Positions 16,973 through 27,409 are shown, numbered from the stretch's first letter. The stretch: 64,000 nt of DNA from Candidatus Poribacteria bacterium (GCA_965214095.1 OZ243938.1:1984001-2048000); one strand, 5' to 3'. Numbers and translations are program-made. Notes: generated from the sequence alone by a model not told the origin.

Positions 16973-18388
16973 ATGGAAACCCGTTTTGTGCGAGAGATGT
17001 ATCGCTTCATTTCACAGCACACGATGATTGAGGATGAAGAAACCGTACTCGTTGCAGTCTCTGGCGGTGCAGACTCCCTTGCATTGCTTTACGGGTTGCA
17101 TGCCCTATATACACATCTAAACTGCTACCTATATGTCGCCCACCTAAATCACGGTCTTCGTGAAGATTCTGCTGCTGACGCTGAATTTGTCCACGAACAC
17201 GCTAAACAGTTAGGTCTACCTTTTGCAGAGCAATCTATAGACTTACATCGTTTGAATAAAGAGTGGAAACTATCTGTTGAAGCTGCAGGACGCAAAGCGC
17301 GTTACGAATTTTACGAATCTGTCTGTGCCCAGACAGGTGCGACTAAAGTGGCTCTCGGACATCATCAGGATGATTCTGCTGAAACAGTTTTAATGAACTT
17401 AATTCGTGGCGTTGGGTCTACAGGTTTGAAAGGCATTGAACCCGTTAGAGATGAAAAGTTTATCCGACCACTTTTAAGATTCAACCGCACAGAAATTGAA
17501 ACCTATCTTACGACAATAGACGTTGTACCAAGACAGGATTCAACGAACAAAGACACACAATTTCTGCGCAACAGAATCCGTCATGAGTTGATTCCTCTTC
17601 TTGAACAAAATTATAACCCAAATATCATATCAGGATTAGTCCGTACAGCAGATATTATAGGTGCTGAATCGGAATTTCTTGATGAAATGACACGTGAAGC
17701 TTATGTTGTTTGTAATCTGGAGTTTTCCCAATCTAAAGACATAACATTAGATAGAACTAAATTTCTACATCATCACACTGTTCTGCAAAGAAGAATTATA
17801 AGACATAGCATCGCCGAATCAATTGGACATATCAGTGATTTCTCTTTTGATCATTGCAACGCTATCCTCAACATCATCAATGGGGAAAAACCGAATGCAG
17901 CGATTACATTACCAAACGGTCTGCATTTTAGACGAACTTATCAGCAACTCATTTTTGAAAGCACACCTGCCCATTCACAAGATTATAATTGTTTGCTTAA
18001 CATTCCGGGTGATACATATATTTCGGAGTTAGATGTAGAAATTCAAGCAGACTTATATGACATTCCACAAGGAGATATTTCTGCCGTTCCTGATGGAACT
18101 TATGAGGCAATGTTTGATTATGGTGCAATTCAATTGCCTTTGACCGTCCGTAATCGGCAGAAAGGCGATAGATTTCAACCTTATGGGATGGAAGGAACTA
18201 AAAAGATTAAAGACTATTTGATGGATGAAAAAGTTCCACTTTGTGAACGAGACCGAATCCCGTTGCTTATTAGCGGGAATGATATTATTTGGGTTATCGG
18301 TTTTACAACCCATGAAAGGTATAAAGTTCACCATCAAACGCAAAGCATTCTTCACTTGTATTATGGAAATAGAGAAATCAACACCTAA
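16973..18388 (+). CDS. tilS: tRNA(Ile)-lysidine synthetase
   Basis: AVSGGADS PP-loop, HLNHGLR, GHHQDD.AET, IRPLL, RNRIR. Confidence 0.97.
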   Translation: METRFVREMYRFISQHTMIEDEETVLVAVSGGADSLALLYGLHALYTHLNCYLYVAHLNHGLREDSAADAEFVHEHAKQLGLPFAEQSIDLHRLNKEWKLSVEAAGRKARYEFYESVCAQTGATKVALGHHQDDSAETVLMNLIRGVGSTGLKGIEPVRDEKFIRPLLRFNRTEIETYLTTIDVVPRQDSTNKDTQFLRNRIRHELIPLLEQNYNPNIISGLVRTADIIGAESEFLDEMTREAYVVCNLEFSQSKDITLDRTKFLHHHTVLQRRIIRHSIAESIGHISDFSFDHCNAILNIINGEKPNAAITLPNGLHFRRTYQQLIFESTPAHSQDYNCLLNIPGDTYISELDVEIQADLYDIPQGDISAVPDGTYEAMFDYGAIQLPLTVRNRQKGDRFQPYGMEGTKKIKDYLMDEKVPLCERDRIPLLISGNDIIWVIGFTTHERYKVHHQTQSILHLYYGNREINT

Positions 18389-18914
18389 TTCTATCCTGAT
18401 TTCTGAATCAGAGATTCGGAATAGGATTCAAGAACTTGGCAAGCAAATAACACACGACTATGAAAACCAAGAACTTGTGCTTATCTGTGTACTGCGAGGT
18501 GCCACACTCTTTTTTGCAGATCTTGTTCGGGAAATCTCTCTACCATTGAGGTTTGAATTTCTACAAACATCAAGCTACAACGATAGTACTGAACCTTCTA
18601 AGAACATTGAGTTTATTCGAGAGGGCAGCAATTATGTTAAACAGAAGCATGTCCTTATTGTAGAAGACATCATTGACACAGGACAAACACTGAAATTTCT
18701 TATCAAACATCTACAATCATTAGAACCAAAGACTATCAAGATTTGTACACTTCTTGATAAACCCTCTCGCCGTCAATTTTCTGTTTCTGTTGATTATATC
18801 GGTTTTGAGATTCCAAACGTGTTTGTAGTAGGTTACGGTCTTGATTATAGTCAGATGTATAGAAATCTCCCGTACATTGCAGTTATAGAATCGTCTACTA
18901 TAAACACATCCTAA
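18363..18914 (+). CDS. hpt: hypoxanthine phosphoribosyltransferase
   Basis: VLRGA, VLIVEDIIDTGQT, FVVGYGLDY, YRNLPYI; start at ATG 18363. Confidence 0.95.
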   Translation: MEIEKSTPNSILISESEIRNRIQELGKQITHDYENQELVLICVLRGATLFFADLVREISLPLRFEFLQTSSYNDSTEPSKNIEFIREGSNYVKQKHVLIVEDIIDTGQTLKFLIKHLQSLEPKTIKICTLLDKPSRRQFSVSVDYIGFEIPNVFVVGYGLDYSQMYRNLPYIAVIESSTINTS

Positions 18915-19047
18915 AATTCAAATGAAATATAGAACATATTTGGAATCAAAACTTTTCAGAATACAGACATTTTTTCTTGACAACAGAATAGTAATTTGCT
19001 ACACTTTCATAAGGTAAAAGCATATCAATTCAGGAAGGAGAATTTAG

Positions 19048-19830
19048 ATGCGTAAATTTGTTTCGTTCTCAGTTGCCATCATGTTGATTGCAGTGATAGT
19101 GTTTTTTACACAAGCACAGCAGATGTCAGACAAAGCGCAACTTGGACGCGAACTATTCAATGACCCAACCTTTAAAGGAACTCTAAGCCCGGATGGAAAA
19201 AAAGCAGCAACTGGTCTTTCTTGTGCCAATTGCCATGCAGATTTTGATGAAACAGAAGAACCGGACGGATTGATTCGTGCTGGACATAGTGTCATCGGTG
19301 TTCCGAAGCGCGGTTCTGCAAAAGGTGGTATGATTTCAGGTGCTAATTTTGCCCGTGCCGCTGGCGGCGGCGGGTTCTGCTATGAGCATTTCCTACAAAG
19401 AGTTGCTCCTGCAGATGTTAAGCCAACAGCAATTCCAGAAGAACATGCTGAAGCACTTATGGCTTATTTTGAGGTTATAACTGGAGACAAAGAAGGTCCT
19501 CAGTTTGAAATCAAGATGTTAGATGATGATGCCAAAGCAGCAGCGGGTGAAAAAATTGCTGCTATGAAAGGCGATTCAAAGAATGGATGGCAGTTATTTG
19601 GACGCGCCTGCGCCGTTTGCCACCCTACACCGAAAAAAGCCGGCATCGGCACCCAACTCGTTAGAAGTAGAGCACCGCGTAATATAGATACAACTATGAC
19701 TCGGTGGGCAACGAAAATACGAGGTGGCGGATCACTTATGCCTTTCTATGCCTCTGATATCCTCAGCGATCAAGATATAGCAGACATTCTTGCATTTCTA
19801 CGCGAGTTAATGGAAGCTACAGCAAGATAA
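19048..19830 (+). CDS. secreted diheme c-type cytochrome, TsdA/SoxA-like architecture
   Basis: Signal peptide; CANCH and CAVCH; extra Cys between hemes; upstream TTGACA(18977)-17-TACACT. Confidence 0.8.
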   Translation: MRKFVSFSVAIMLIAVIVFFTQAQQMSDKAQLGRELFNDPTFKGTLSPDGKKAATGLSCANCHADFDETEEPDGLIRAGHSVIGVPKRGSAKGGMISGANFARAAGGGGFCYEHFLQRVAPADVKPTAIPEEHAEALMAYFEVITGDKEGPQFEIKMLDDDAKAAAGEKIAAMKGDSKNGWQLFGRACAVCHPTPKKAGIGTQLVRSRAPRNIDTTMTRWATKIRGGGSLMPFYASDILSDQDIADILAFLRELMEATAR

Positions 19831-19838
19831 CAATTAGA

Positions 19839-19872
19839 TTTGGCAGGGATGACATTATTCCTGCCAAATTTC
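19839..19872 (+). terminator. probable intrinsic terminator
   Basis: TTTGGCAGG...CCTGCCAAA hairpin right after the stop. Confidence 0.55.
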
Positions 19873-20069
19873 AATAATCTCGCTTTTCTTTGTAACCGTC
19901 TTCCGCTTTATCCGTATTAGTTAATGTGTGATTGTATCAAGACAAGCATTCCAAAATCTATGTCGAATTGTTGATTAGAACTGGAAGTATTTGTCTGATG
20001 AGATAAATCTCTCTTGGAGATTGTATGTTTGCGTGCTATTTCCAAGATAAAACTAAAGTGGAGGAAGTC

Positions 20070-20588
20070 ATGAGGACATCGCGATTTCTTAGATTATTCT
20101 GTTGTGTCTTTTTACTTTTCTCGGTTCTCTGTTTCTTAGGATGTGGTGGCAGCAATCTCAATAATCCTGTTTCTGACACCGATCAAACGGATGAAATCGG
20201 CGATGACATCGTTGAATTAGAAGGTAGCGAAAATGCTGTCGCTGAACAAACAGGTGAACTTGATGTGTCAGTTACCGTAACAAGAAAAACTGTGAAGCCG
20301 GGTGAACAAGTTGAGTTAACAGCGACGTTGGAAGGAGTTCTCGGAACAAACGTTGTAATAAATTGGCTTAATATTACAGGATATGGGACACTTTCCGCAA
20401 CTAACGAAACCCGTGTTACTTGGACAGCACCAGATACATTAGGTGATGATAATACTCGCGTGGAAGTTCTTCAACTTGTTGTGACTGTGATTAGCGAAGT
20501 TGTTTCGGTTGGTTCTACTGGCATAAAAACCGAAACACAGATTTTATCAGATACGAAAGAAATTTTACTACAAGTAGTTCGTGAATAA
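20070..20588 (+). CDS. lipoprotein with Ig-like domain
   Basis: FLGC lipobox; beta-rich VTWTAP segment. Confidence 0.7.
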   Translation: MRTSRFLRLFCCVFLLFSVLCFLGCGGSNLNNPVSDTDQTDEIGDDIVELEGSENAVAEQTGELDVSVTVTRKTVKPGEQVELTATLEGVLGTNVVINWLNITGYGTLSATNETRVTWTAPDTLGDDNTRVEVLQLVVTVISEVVSVGSTGIKTETQILSDTKEILLQVVRE

Positions 20589-21052
20589 AAAAAAGGACTA
20601 AAAACACAAATACTTGTCATTTATATGTTGACAAAAAAATAGAAATACATACAATATACTGTACATCAGTCCGATATATTATTAAAATAGGGTTCAACTT
20701 ACTAAATAAATTGCACTTACAGATCAATTAAGATGTTTGTGTAGTTTTTAGTGGGTTCCTCCTCACACAGTTTGTCTATTCAATTTGTGCTACATTCATA
20801 TTTTTTCTGAGGCTTGATTTACCCTTTCATTTTATCGTGATGTCCAAATCCACTAATAATATATCAAATTGCGTTCTACAGCATAAAAATCAAATTGTTT
20901 AAACTTTACTATAACTTATTTGTCCAAACTATAGTAATACTTTATTTTCTATAACGAGGATTCATTTTTCTAACCAAATGCAAGGGTTATTTTATACTAT
21001 TTTTATTTATTCATAGGATAGGTCCTTGCACACATAATCTATTAGGAACGAA

Positions 21053-21865
21053 ATGAAGAGAGTAAATTTACATTTAGTTTTATCCGTTGTCTTGATGCTA
21101 ATAATTTCTGCATCTTGGACATCATCATGTATTGGAGAGTTACACCATGTTAAGAAGGGAGAGACGTTATCGGAAATTGCAAGAATATATGATGTGCCGA
21201 TGAAACGTATTGTCCAAACCAATAGTATTGCATCTATTGACCGATTACAAATCGGAGAGAAGTTATTAATACCAGTTGCATCTAAACCGGGAAATACTAA
21301 TGAGAATGCTGGAGGATCTTGGTACATCGTTAAACCTGGCGACTCATTATATGGTATCGCTCGAAAGCATAATATTGAAGATTGGAAAAAACTGCAGCAG
21401 ATAAATGGAATCTCTAATCCAAAACGGATAAAACCCGGTGATAGAATATTTCTCCCTGGTGAAGGGGATATCGGATTCGTAAAACCTCTACGAACTAAAA
21501 TGCATGTGACTTCACAATACGGTTACCGCAATCATCCTATCACAGGACGTTACCGTCTACATGAAGGTATAGATTTTCGTGCAGCAACTGGCACACGAGT
21601 TTATGCATCAAAAACCGGAACGATTACATACGCATCAAGAAAAGGGGGCTATGGTAAGACAATCAACATCCAACACGAAGATGATTTCAGCACAGCTTAT
21701 GGACACCTGTCCAGGATTTATGTTTCTGTCGGCGATTTTGTCAGACAAGGACAAGTTATTGGATTAACAGGAAGTTCCGGACATTCAACAGGTCCCCACC
21801 TCCATTTTGAAGTCAGATACAAAGGCAAAAGTGAAAACCCAGCTCGCTACCTTGATCTCCACTAA
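21053..21865 (+). CDS. 2x LysM + M23 peptidoglycan endopeptidase
   Basis: HHVKKGETL, YIVKPGDSL, HEGIDF, YGHL, STGPHLHFEV. Confidence 0.93.
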   Translation: MKRVNLHLVLSVVLMLIISASWTSSCIGELHHVKKGETLSEIARIYDVPMKRIVQTNSIASIDRLQIGEKLLIPVASKPGNTNENAGGSWYIVKPGDSLYGIARKHNIEDWKKLQQINGISNPKRIKPGDRIFLPGEGDIGFVKPLRTKMHVTSQYGYRNHPITGRYRLHEGIDFRAATGTRVYASKTGTITYASRKGGYGKTINIQHEDDFSTAYGHLSRIYVSVGDFVRQGQVIGLTGSSGHSTGPHLHFEVRYKGKSENPARYLDLH

Positions 21866-21875
21866 ACGCAGAAAG

Positions 21876-23381
21876 TTGCTTAGAAACATCGTTCTTATCA
21901 TATTAGCGTGCGTTCTTTGTGGTAAGATTACACTTTCAGATACATCCAACAATCAACAAAATCAAGAAACACATCAACACCGCCCTGCAGTGGGTACGCG
22001 TGGTATCGGATTAAGCCGCTCTTATGTGAGTAGTGCAGACGATGCGACAAGTCCACTATGGAATCCCGCAGGACTTGCCTCTCTTGAGTCTGGGAATCTG
22101 ATCTATGATTTCTCGCAAGGTGCATTCTCCGTTGCATATCCGATCAAACATATAGGAACATTTGGTATTAACATACTTGATTTAAATGCATCTGATCGTT
22201 TTCTTGTCCACAACGTTTCCAATCCTATTGGCACATTTGAATATGGTTCTAATCAGGCATTATTCTCCTATGCAAGGAAGATCGGAGCATTACAACTTGG
22301 TGCAAGCACAGGATATAGTCGCGCCCCGTATATGAATAGTCTTTGGGCACCAAACTATGATGTCGGTGCGATAATGTCACTGCCGCATAACGTGGTCGTA
22401 GGAATGCACTTTCGCGATATTACTGGTGTTTCTATTCATGACGATACCAATATTCTGTTACAAACCTACGATCCACAGTTCGTTGTCGGAAGTACATTTA
22501 CACCACATCCATTAATCAAATGGCATTCATGCTTAAATGTTGTCCCATTGAGTTTTGGTACCAGTGTTGAATTTGTTACTGGTCCGTTTTCTGCAAATAT
22601 AGGTTCCTTCTTCTCTTCTAATCCCGACACACCGGCTCAGACTTGGAGTTTAGGACTCTGTTTCAACAAATGGGGAAAGCAGACCTATTATACATTTTTG
22701 AATGAAAATAACGACCAATATAAGCATCTTATCGCCTTCGGCTTCACATTTGGTGGCATTCAGGAAACGATAGGTGAAGTTAAGCCCCAAAGGGTTGGAC
22801 CTAAGACTACCGACACAACTACAAAGGTTACACCAAAAACCTCAGATACACCTAATGGAACTAAATCTGACCTTAGAGACAATACCTTACACATTACACC
22901 ACCTACGATAAAGAGAAGCATTCAAATTGCCAAAAAACACAATGTTTCAATGGAACTCATGCTTGCAATCATCTATGTTGAATCCAAATTCAATCCGGTT
23001 GCTGTGTCACCGACTGGGGCAGGTGGTTTGATGCAAATGGTCCCCGGAACCGCAAGGGGACTTGGTTTGAAGGTGCCGAAGTACTCAAATAAACTTAAAC
23101 CGAGCCTTGATGGTAGTGTTGATGAACGTTTCGACCCACAAAAGAATCTTGAGGCGGGGTTGATCTATTTCAATCAACTTCTGAGAAAATACCAAAATAA
23201 CCTTACATTAGCACTCGGGGCATATAATGTTGGTCCAGGTAGAGTTAAGGTTGGGGGTCCCCTAATAAGCAGGGGCAAAACTTATGCAAATTCAGTGATA
23301 AACCGTCGGGACCTCTATCGTCAAAATGTCAACCTATTAGAAACTGACTCTAAAAGATTAGAGATAATACTAAATCAGTAG
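21876..23381 (+). CDS. lytic transglycosylase (SLT) fused to an N-terminal PorV/PorQ-like barrel region
   Basis: N-term GTRGIGLSRSYV.SADDATSPLWNPAGL; C-term AIIYVES.FNP.AVS..GAGGLMQ...ALGAYN.GPG. Confidence 0.8.
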   Translation: MLRNIVLIILACVLCGKITLSDTSNNQQNQETHQHRPAVGTRGIGLSRSYVSSADDATSPLWNPAGLASLESGNLIYDFSQGAFSVAYPIKHIGTFGINILDLNASDRFLVHNVSNPIGTFEYGSNQALFSYARKIGALQLGASTGYSRAPYMNSLWAPNYDVGAIMSLPHNVVVGMHFRDITGVSIHDDTNILLQTYDPQFVVGSTFTPHPLIKWHSCLNVVPLSFGTSVEFVTGPFSANIGSFFSSNPDTPAQTWSLGLCFNKWGKQTYYTFLNENNDQYKHLIAFGFTFGGIQETIGEVKPQRVGPKTTDTTTKVTPKTSDTPNGTKSDLRDNTLHITPPTIKRSIQIAKKHNVSMELMLAIIYVESKFNPVAVSPTGAGGLMQMVPGTARGLGLKVPKYSNKLKPSLDGSVDERFDPQKNLEAGLIYFNQLLRKYQNNLTLALGAYNVGPGRVKVGGPLISRGKTYANSVINRRDLYRQNVNLLETDSKRLEIILNQ

Positions 23382-23391
23382 GGAAGTAGTC

Positions 23392-24654
23392 ATGGAAACA
23401 ATTCGTCTTGCAATCGTTGGATGTGGCGGCATGGGACATCGCCACATGTATGGATTAGCAGAGCTCCATCGGGTAGGATGGAAAAGGTTTGATCTGGTCG
23501 GTGCGTGTGACCCTGTTATTGAAAATGCGGAATCTCTTGCGGAAAAAGCAGAGGAACGTTTCGGTAAAAAACCTACCGTTGTTGCAAACCTTGAAGAACT
23601 GGCTAAAATCGGTGTTGATGCTGTTGATGTCACAACAACCCCACCTTATCATCACACCGTTGCTGTTGAGACACTTGAGCGTGGATGGCACACTATGGTT
23701 GAAAAACCGATGGGGTTAACAGTTCGCGCATGCAACCTCATCTGTCGTGCTGCAGATAAATCGGATGCTGTTCTGAGTGTTGCAGAAAACTATCGACGTG
23801 ATCCTATAAATCGTCTTGCGAAGGCACTCCTTGATGCTGAGGTTATCGGAAAACCACGGTTTCTCATCCATCATGCGATAGGTGGATCAAACCGCATGCT
23901 TATCTCTGTGTGGCGGCATCAGAAAGATCAAAGCGGGGTTCTGCTTGATGTCGGCGTTCATTACGCAGATATGATTGAGTATCTACTTGGTGAGGTGGAA
24001 ACCGTTTTTGCAAAGACACGACTTCATGAACCGATCCGACATAATCCTGCTGCAGTGACAGGTGAATCAGGTTCAAATCCTGCGGGTGTTTATACAGAGT
24101 GGCAACGAAAAATGCCTGCTGAATTTGAGGCAACTGCGGAAGATGCAGCTTATGCAACCTTGACTTTCAAGAACGGCGTCGTTGGACAGTATATTGAAGA
24201 TCACGGTGCATGGGGACAAGGAAGTTGGCTCCGCAAAATCCACGGTTCACAAGGTTCTATGACCCTCCCCGGTGACCGGAGTGGGGGTGTTATCTCCTTA
24301 CAAATTGATGGTCACGGAACTATAAACGATGAGAAACTGTTAGATTTGGTCCCAGATTTTGAGCTTGATGCAGTTACCACTGACTTATTCGGCGGGAACC
24401 GTCTCTGGCAGTATGAATCCCAATTCGTTGATACAGACGCGAAGATTATTGCTATTGAATACGGTGATTTTGCTGAGGCTATCGCGGGTAACCATCCCAT
24501 TGAAGTTGATGCACATCAGGGGACCCGTTCCGTTGCGATCTCTTATGCTATGCTTGAATCCGGTGCAACCGGTCAGATCGTTCACATTGACAAAATGTTA
24601 GACGAAACGATTAATACCTATCAACGTGAGATTGACGATGGGTTAGGCATCTAA
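23392..24654 (+). CDS. Gfo/Idh/MocA oxidoreductase
   Basis: IVGCGGMG, VEKPM, LDVGVH. Confidence 0.92.
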   Translation: METIRLAIVGCGGMGHRHMYGLAELHRVGWKRFDLVGACDPVIENAESLAEKAEERFGKKPTVVANLEELAKIGVDAVDVTTTPPYHHTVAVETLERGWHTMVEKPMGLTVRACNLICRAADKSDAVLSVAENYRRDPINRLAKALLDAEVIGKPRFLIHHAIGGSNRMLISVWRHQKDQSGVLLDVGVHYADMIEYLLGEVETVFAKTRLHEPIRHNPAAVTGESGSNPAGVYTEWQRKMPAEFEATAEDAAYATLTFKNGVVGQYIEDHGAWGQGSWLRKIHGSQGSMTLPGDRSGGVISLQIDGHGTINDEKLLDLVPDFELDAVTTDLFGGNRLWQYESQFVDTDAKIIAIEYGDFAEAIAGNHPIEVDAHQGTRSVAISYAMLESGATGQIVHIDKMLDETINTYQREIDDGLGI

Positions 24655-24689
24655 TGCCAAATCTATAAATGATATTCCCATTTTAGTTG

Positions 24690-24752
24690 GAATGTAAGAG
24701 GCGCAATGAATTGCGCGACTACGAACCAACTATCTCTTTAATGGTATGTTCT
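24690..24752. repeat. REP-like family C (GAGGCGCAATGAATTGCGCGACTAC)
   Basis: Other copies at 27464-27526, 31764-31793, 36602-36640. Confidence 0.8.
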
Positions 24753-24798
24753 TTTTTTGATATGGTATAACATTCCATACATTTCTATTTCACAACAC

Positions 24799-25863
24799 AT
24801 GGCAACATTACAAGATTTCGGAATCGGTCTAATAGGATTAGGCATCGGGCAGCAGCACTTGCTCGGCTATCAAAGCAGAGACTTACGTGTCATTGCGATT
24901 TGCGATAAAGATGAAGAACGATTAGGCAACGTTGGTGATAGATTTGGCATCAACAGAAGGTATACTCGCATTGCCGATCTGATAGATGATTCCGATGTTG
25001 ATATAGTTGATATGGCTGTGCACCCATGGATACGTTTGCCTATCGTAAGTGCCGCCGCACAAGCAGGAAAGCACATTTTCTGCCAAAAACCCTTTTCCAT
25101 GACAATGCAACAAGCGATTGAGATGGTAGAAATCTGCGAGAGACACAATGTGCAACTCATGGTCAACCAAAACTCATGCTTTGTTCCCGGTTTCCTCGCT
25201 ATTGACCCGTTCATTGACACCGATCATCTCGGTGAAATCTATCATGTATCTATTACCTGTAACGGGTTTTATACTGGATACCCCGGCAAACATCTCATCC
25301 CAGTTATGCAAGTGCATCACATTAGTCTTATCCACAAATGGTTTGGAGAATTTGAAAGTGTCTACTGCCAAGCACACGGACACAGTCGTTCCATTGAGAT
25401 AGGTGAAACGATGTCAGTCGCGCAGTTCAAATGTCGTAACGGTATCAAAGGACTACTTTCATGTAACTGGTCATTCCTTGCAAATTCAGGACACAACCTT
25501 CAACACCCGCACGAAGAAATCCGTATTCAAGGTACAAAAGGGGCAATCTACGGTAATAGTGCGGATATGACAGTCCATCTCACAGAACCCGATACAAATG
25601 TAATTAAACCTGAGATAAATGGGGTTTGGTTTCCTGATGCTTTCGGCAATTCTATGGTTCATTTTATTGAATGCCTGTTATCAGGGAGAAAGCCGCTTAC
25701 AGATGGACGCAGCAACCTTCACACCATCCAAACTATTTTCGCCCTGTACCAATCCGCTTTGACAGAGCAGGTCGTAATGATTGACGACATTTCACTTGAT
25801 GGAGACTACGACATAAGTCCCTATCCTGTGCATCCTGCCGATGACATTTCCATCTTATACTAA
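24799..25863 (+). CDS. Gfo/Idh/MocA oxidoreductase
   Basis: IGLIGLGIG, HIFCQKPF; start at ATG 24799. Confidence 0.9.
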   Translation: MATLQDFGIGLIGLGIGQQHLLGYQSRDLRVIAICDKDEERLGNVGDRFGINRRYTRIADLIDDSDVDIVDMAVHPWIRLPIVSAAAQAGKHIFCQKPFSMTMQQAIEMVEICERHNVQLMVNQNSCFVPGFLAIDPFIDTDHLGEIYHVSITCNGFYTGYPGKHLIPVMQVHHISLIHKWFGEFESVYCQAHGHSRSIEIGETMSVAQFKCRNGIKGLLSCNWSFLANSGHNLQHPHEEIRIQGTKGAIYGNSADMTVHLTEPDTNVIKPEINGVWFPDAFGNSMVHFIECLLSGRKPLTDGRSNLHTIQTIFALYQSALTEQVVMIDDISLDGDYDISPYPVHPADDISILY

Positions 25864-25869
25864 CAAGGT

Positions 25870-25972
25870 TATAGTAGATTTTGAAATTACTTAAACACTC
25901 TGCATCGGCGAGGTTAGGAAACCTCGCCTACCGTGGGTCGAAAGTGTCAACTTATATTTATAATTCACTATA
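25870..25972. repeat. MITE/REP family B, 103 bp
   Basis: TATAGTAGATTTTGAAATTAC...GGCGAGGTTAGGAAACCTCGCCTAC...TTCACTATA; copies at 27560 and 40461. Confidence 0.85.
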
Positions 25973-26052
25973 ATTATCTAAGCCAAGATTCTGAGAATCC
26001 TGATCCAGACGATTTGCTAATTTTTGCGGGTAAATACGGGAGTGAAAAAAGA

Positions 26053-26127
<75 letters not shown>

Positions 26128-26140
26128 CAAGGAAGAAATA

Positions 26141-26227
26141 TGGTCGAGGAGGGACTTGAACCCTCACGCTTGTGTTAGAAGCGATGGATTTTAAGTCCAT
26201 TGTGTCTACCGATTCCACCACTCGACC
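26141..26227 (-). tRNA. tRNA-Leu (TAA)
   Basis: Acceptor GGTCGAG/CTCGACC, ATGGA-CTTAAAA-TCCAT, long variable arm; promoter TTGACA(26272)-17-TATACT upstream. Confidence 0.95.
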
Positions 26228-26299
26228 CCATGGATGATATAATAGTATACACAATATAGGAGACGTTGTCAACTTTTTTATCTTATTCACAGGACTATT

Positions 26300-26474
26300 T
26301 ATGGTAAATTATTGAATTAATTATACACATTGATCAGACGAGGTTAGGAAACCTCGCCTACCGTTGATAGAAATGGTAAATTATTGAATTAATTATACAC
26401 ATTGATCAGACGAGGTTAGGAAACCTCGCCTACCGTTGATAGAAAGCGTAGATATAATTATATGCTTCACCATA
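26300..26474. repeat. MITE/REP family D with internal 72-bp tandem duplication
   Basis: 26301-26372 = 26373-26444; TATGGT...ACCATA ends; single-unit copy at 50048-50147. Confidence 0.85.
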
Positions 26475-26764
26475 GTTTTAGGATGTTCTGCTATATTTCA
26501 TTACAAACGTGAATTGATGTGAGATACGATTTCGCTTGTGAGTACGACACATGGTAGTAGACACGCTGCGCGTGCCATCCAAACGTGAATGGGAACGACA
26601 CACGTAGTGTTTGGATTTAAAACGAACATTTTTTGAATAGACTTGACTAAACAAACGAAACTACATTAGAACACTCTTGCAGCAATGGTATTGTTATGCA
26701 ATGGAGTGTTTCACATTTACTGTAATTTTGAACTAATTTTTGACTATAAATTTAGGAGAATGAA

Positions 26765-27316
26765 ATGAGAAAGAAATTTTTTGCAATCGGTACAATCGCA
26801 CTTATGACAGTAGTCAGTCTATTCATATTTGAACATGTGACAGACGCACAGCGTCCGGACAGAAATGCACAGCCAGGACAAAATCAACGGGGTGGTAACC
26901 GTGGTGGTATGGACATGACGAGAATGACAAATCCGACAAGCATCGCTGATAACTCGTGGTTGGATTTGACATTCAAAGTGAAAGTTGATGACGAGACCCT
27001 CGTGAAAGCTCGTCCTATATATGCAGCGACCCGAGAGAAATTTGAAAAGAAGATGACAGAAGTTCGAGAATCCCAAGATATGCGAACGGCAATGCAAGAG
27101 ATGCAGACCTATATTGGTACTGTTGGTAGAGAATTTCAAACAGAACTGAAGAAGGTGTTATCTGAGGAACAGATGACGCAACTCAATAAGTTAACGAAAG
27201 AACGTCAGATTCAGGAACAGGAACGTCGTAATAGGTTCCGTGGTGGACAACAACGCGGTGGACAAGGCGGACAAGGTGGACAAGGTGGACAACGCGGTCA
27301 ACGTCCTACTCAGTAA
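26765..27316 (+). CDS. secreted helical hypothetical protein with GGQ-rich tail
   Basis: Signal peptide; LSEEQ motif (Spy/LTXXQ-like); GGQ repeats. Confidence 0.75.
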   Translation: MRKKFFAIGTIALMTVVSLFIFEHVTDAQRPDRNAQPGQNQRGGNRGGMDMTRMTNPTSIADNSWLDLTFKVKVDDETLVKARPIYAATREKFEKKMTEVRESQDMRTAMQEMQTYIGTVGREFQTELKKVLSEEQMTQLNKLTKERQIQEQERRNRFRGGQQRGGQGGQGGQGGQRGQRPTQ

Positions 27317-27381
27317 TGTAAAGGAAATTCAGTTCGCTTGCAAAGTGTCTATTGTTTGTAGGTAAGTTCTATCAGCAAATT

Positions 27382-27409
27382 AGGTCGGGTGTTTCACCCG
27401 ACCTTTTTT
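27382..27409 (+). terminator. intrinsic terminator
   Basis: AGGTCGGGTG-TTT-CACCCGACCT followed by a T-tract. Confidence 0.8.

Noticed and set aside
26300-26474. CRISPR array
   Set aside because: Two identical 72-bp units with no unique spacers; same sequence dispersed elsewhere; no cas genes
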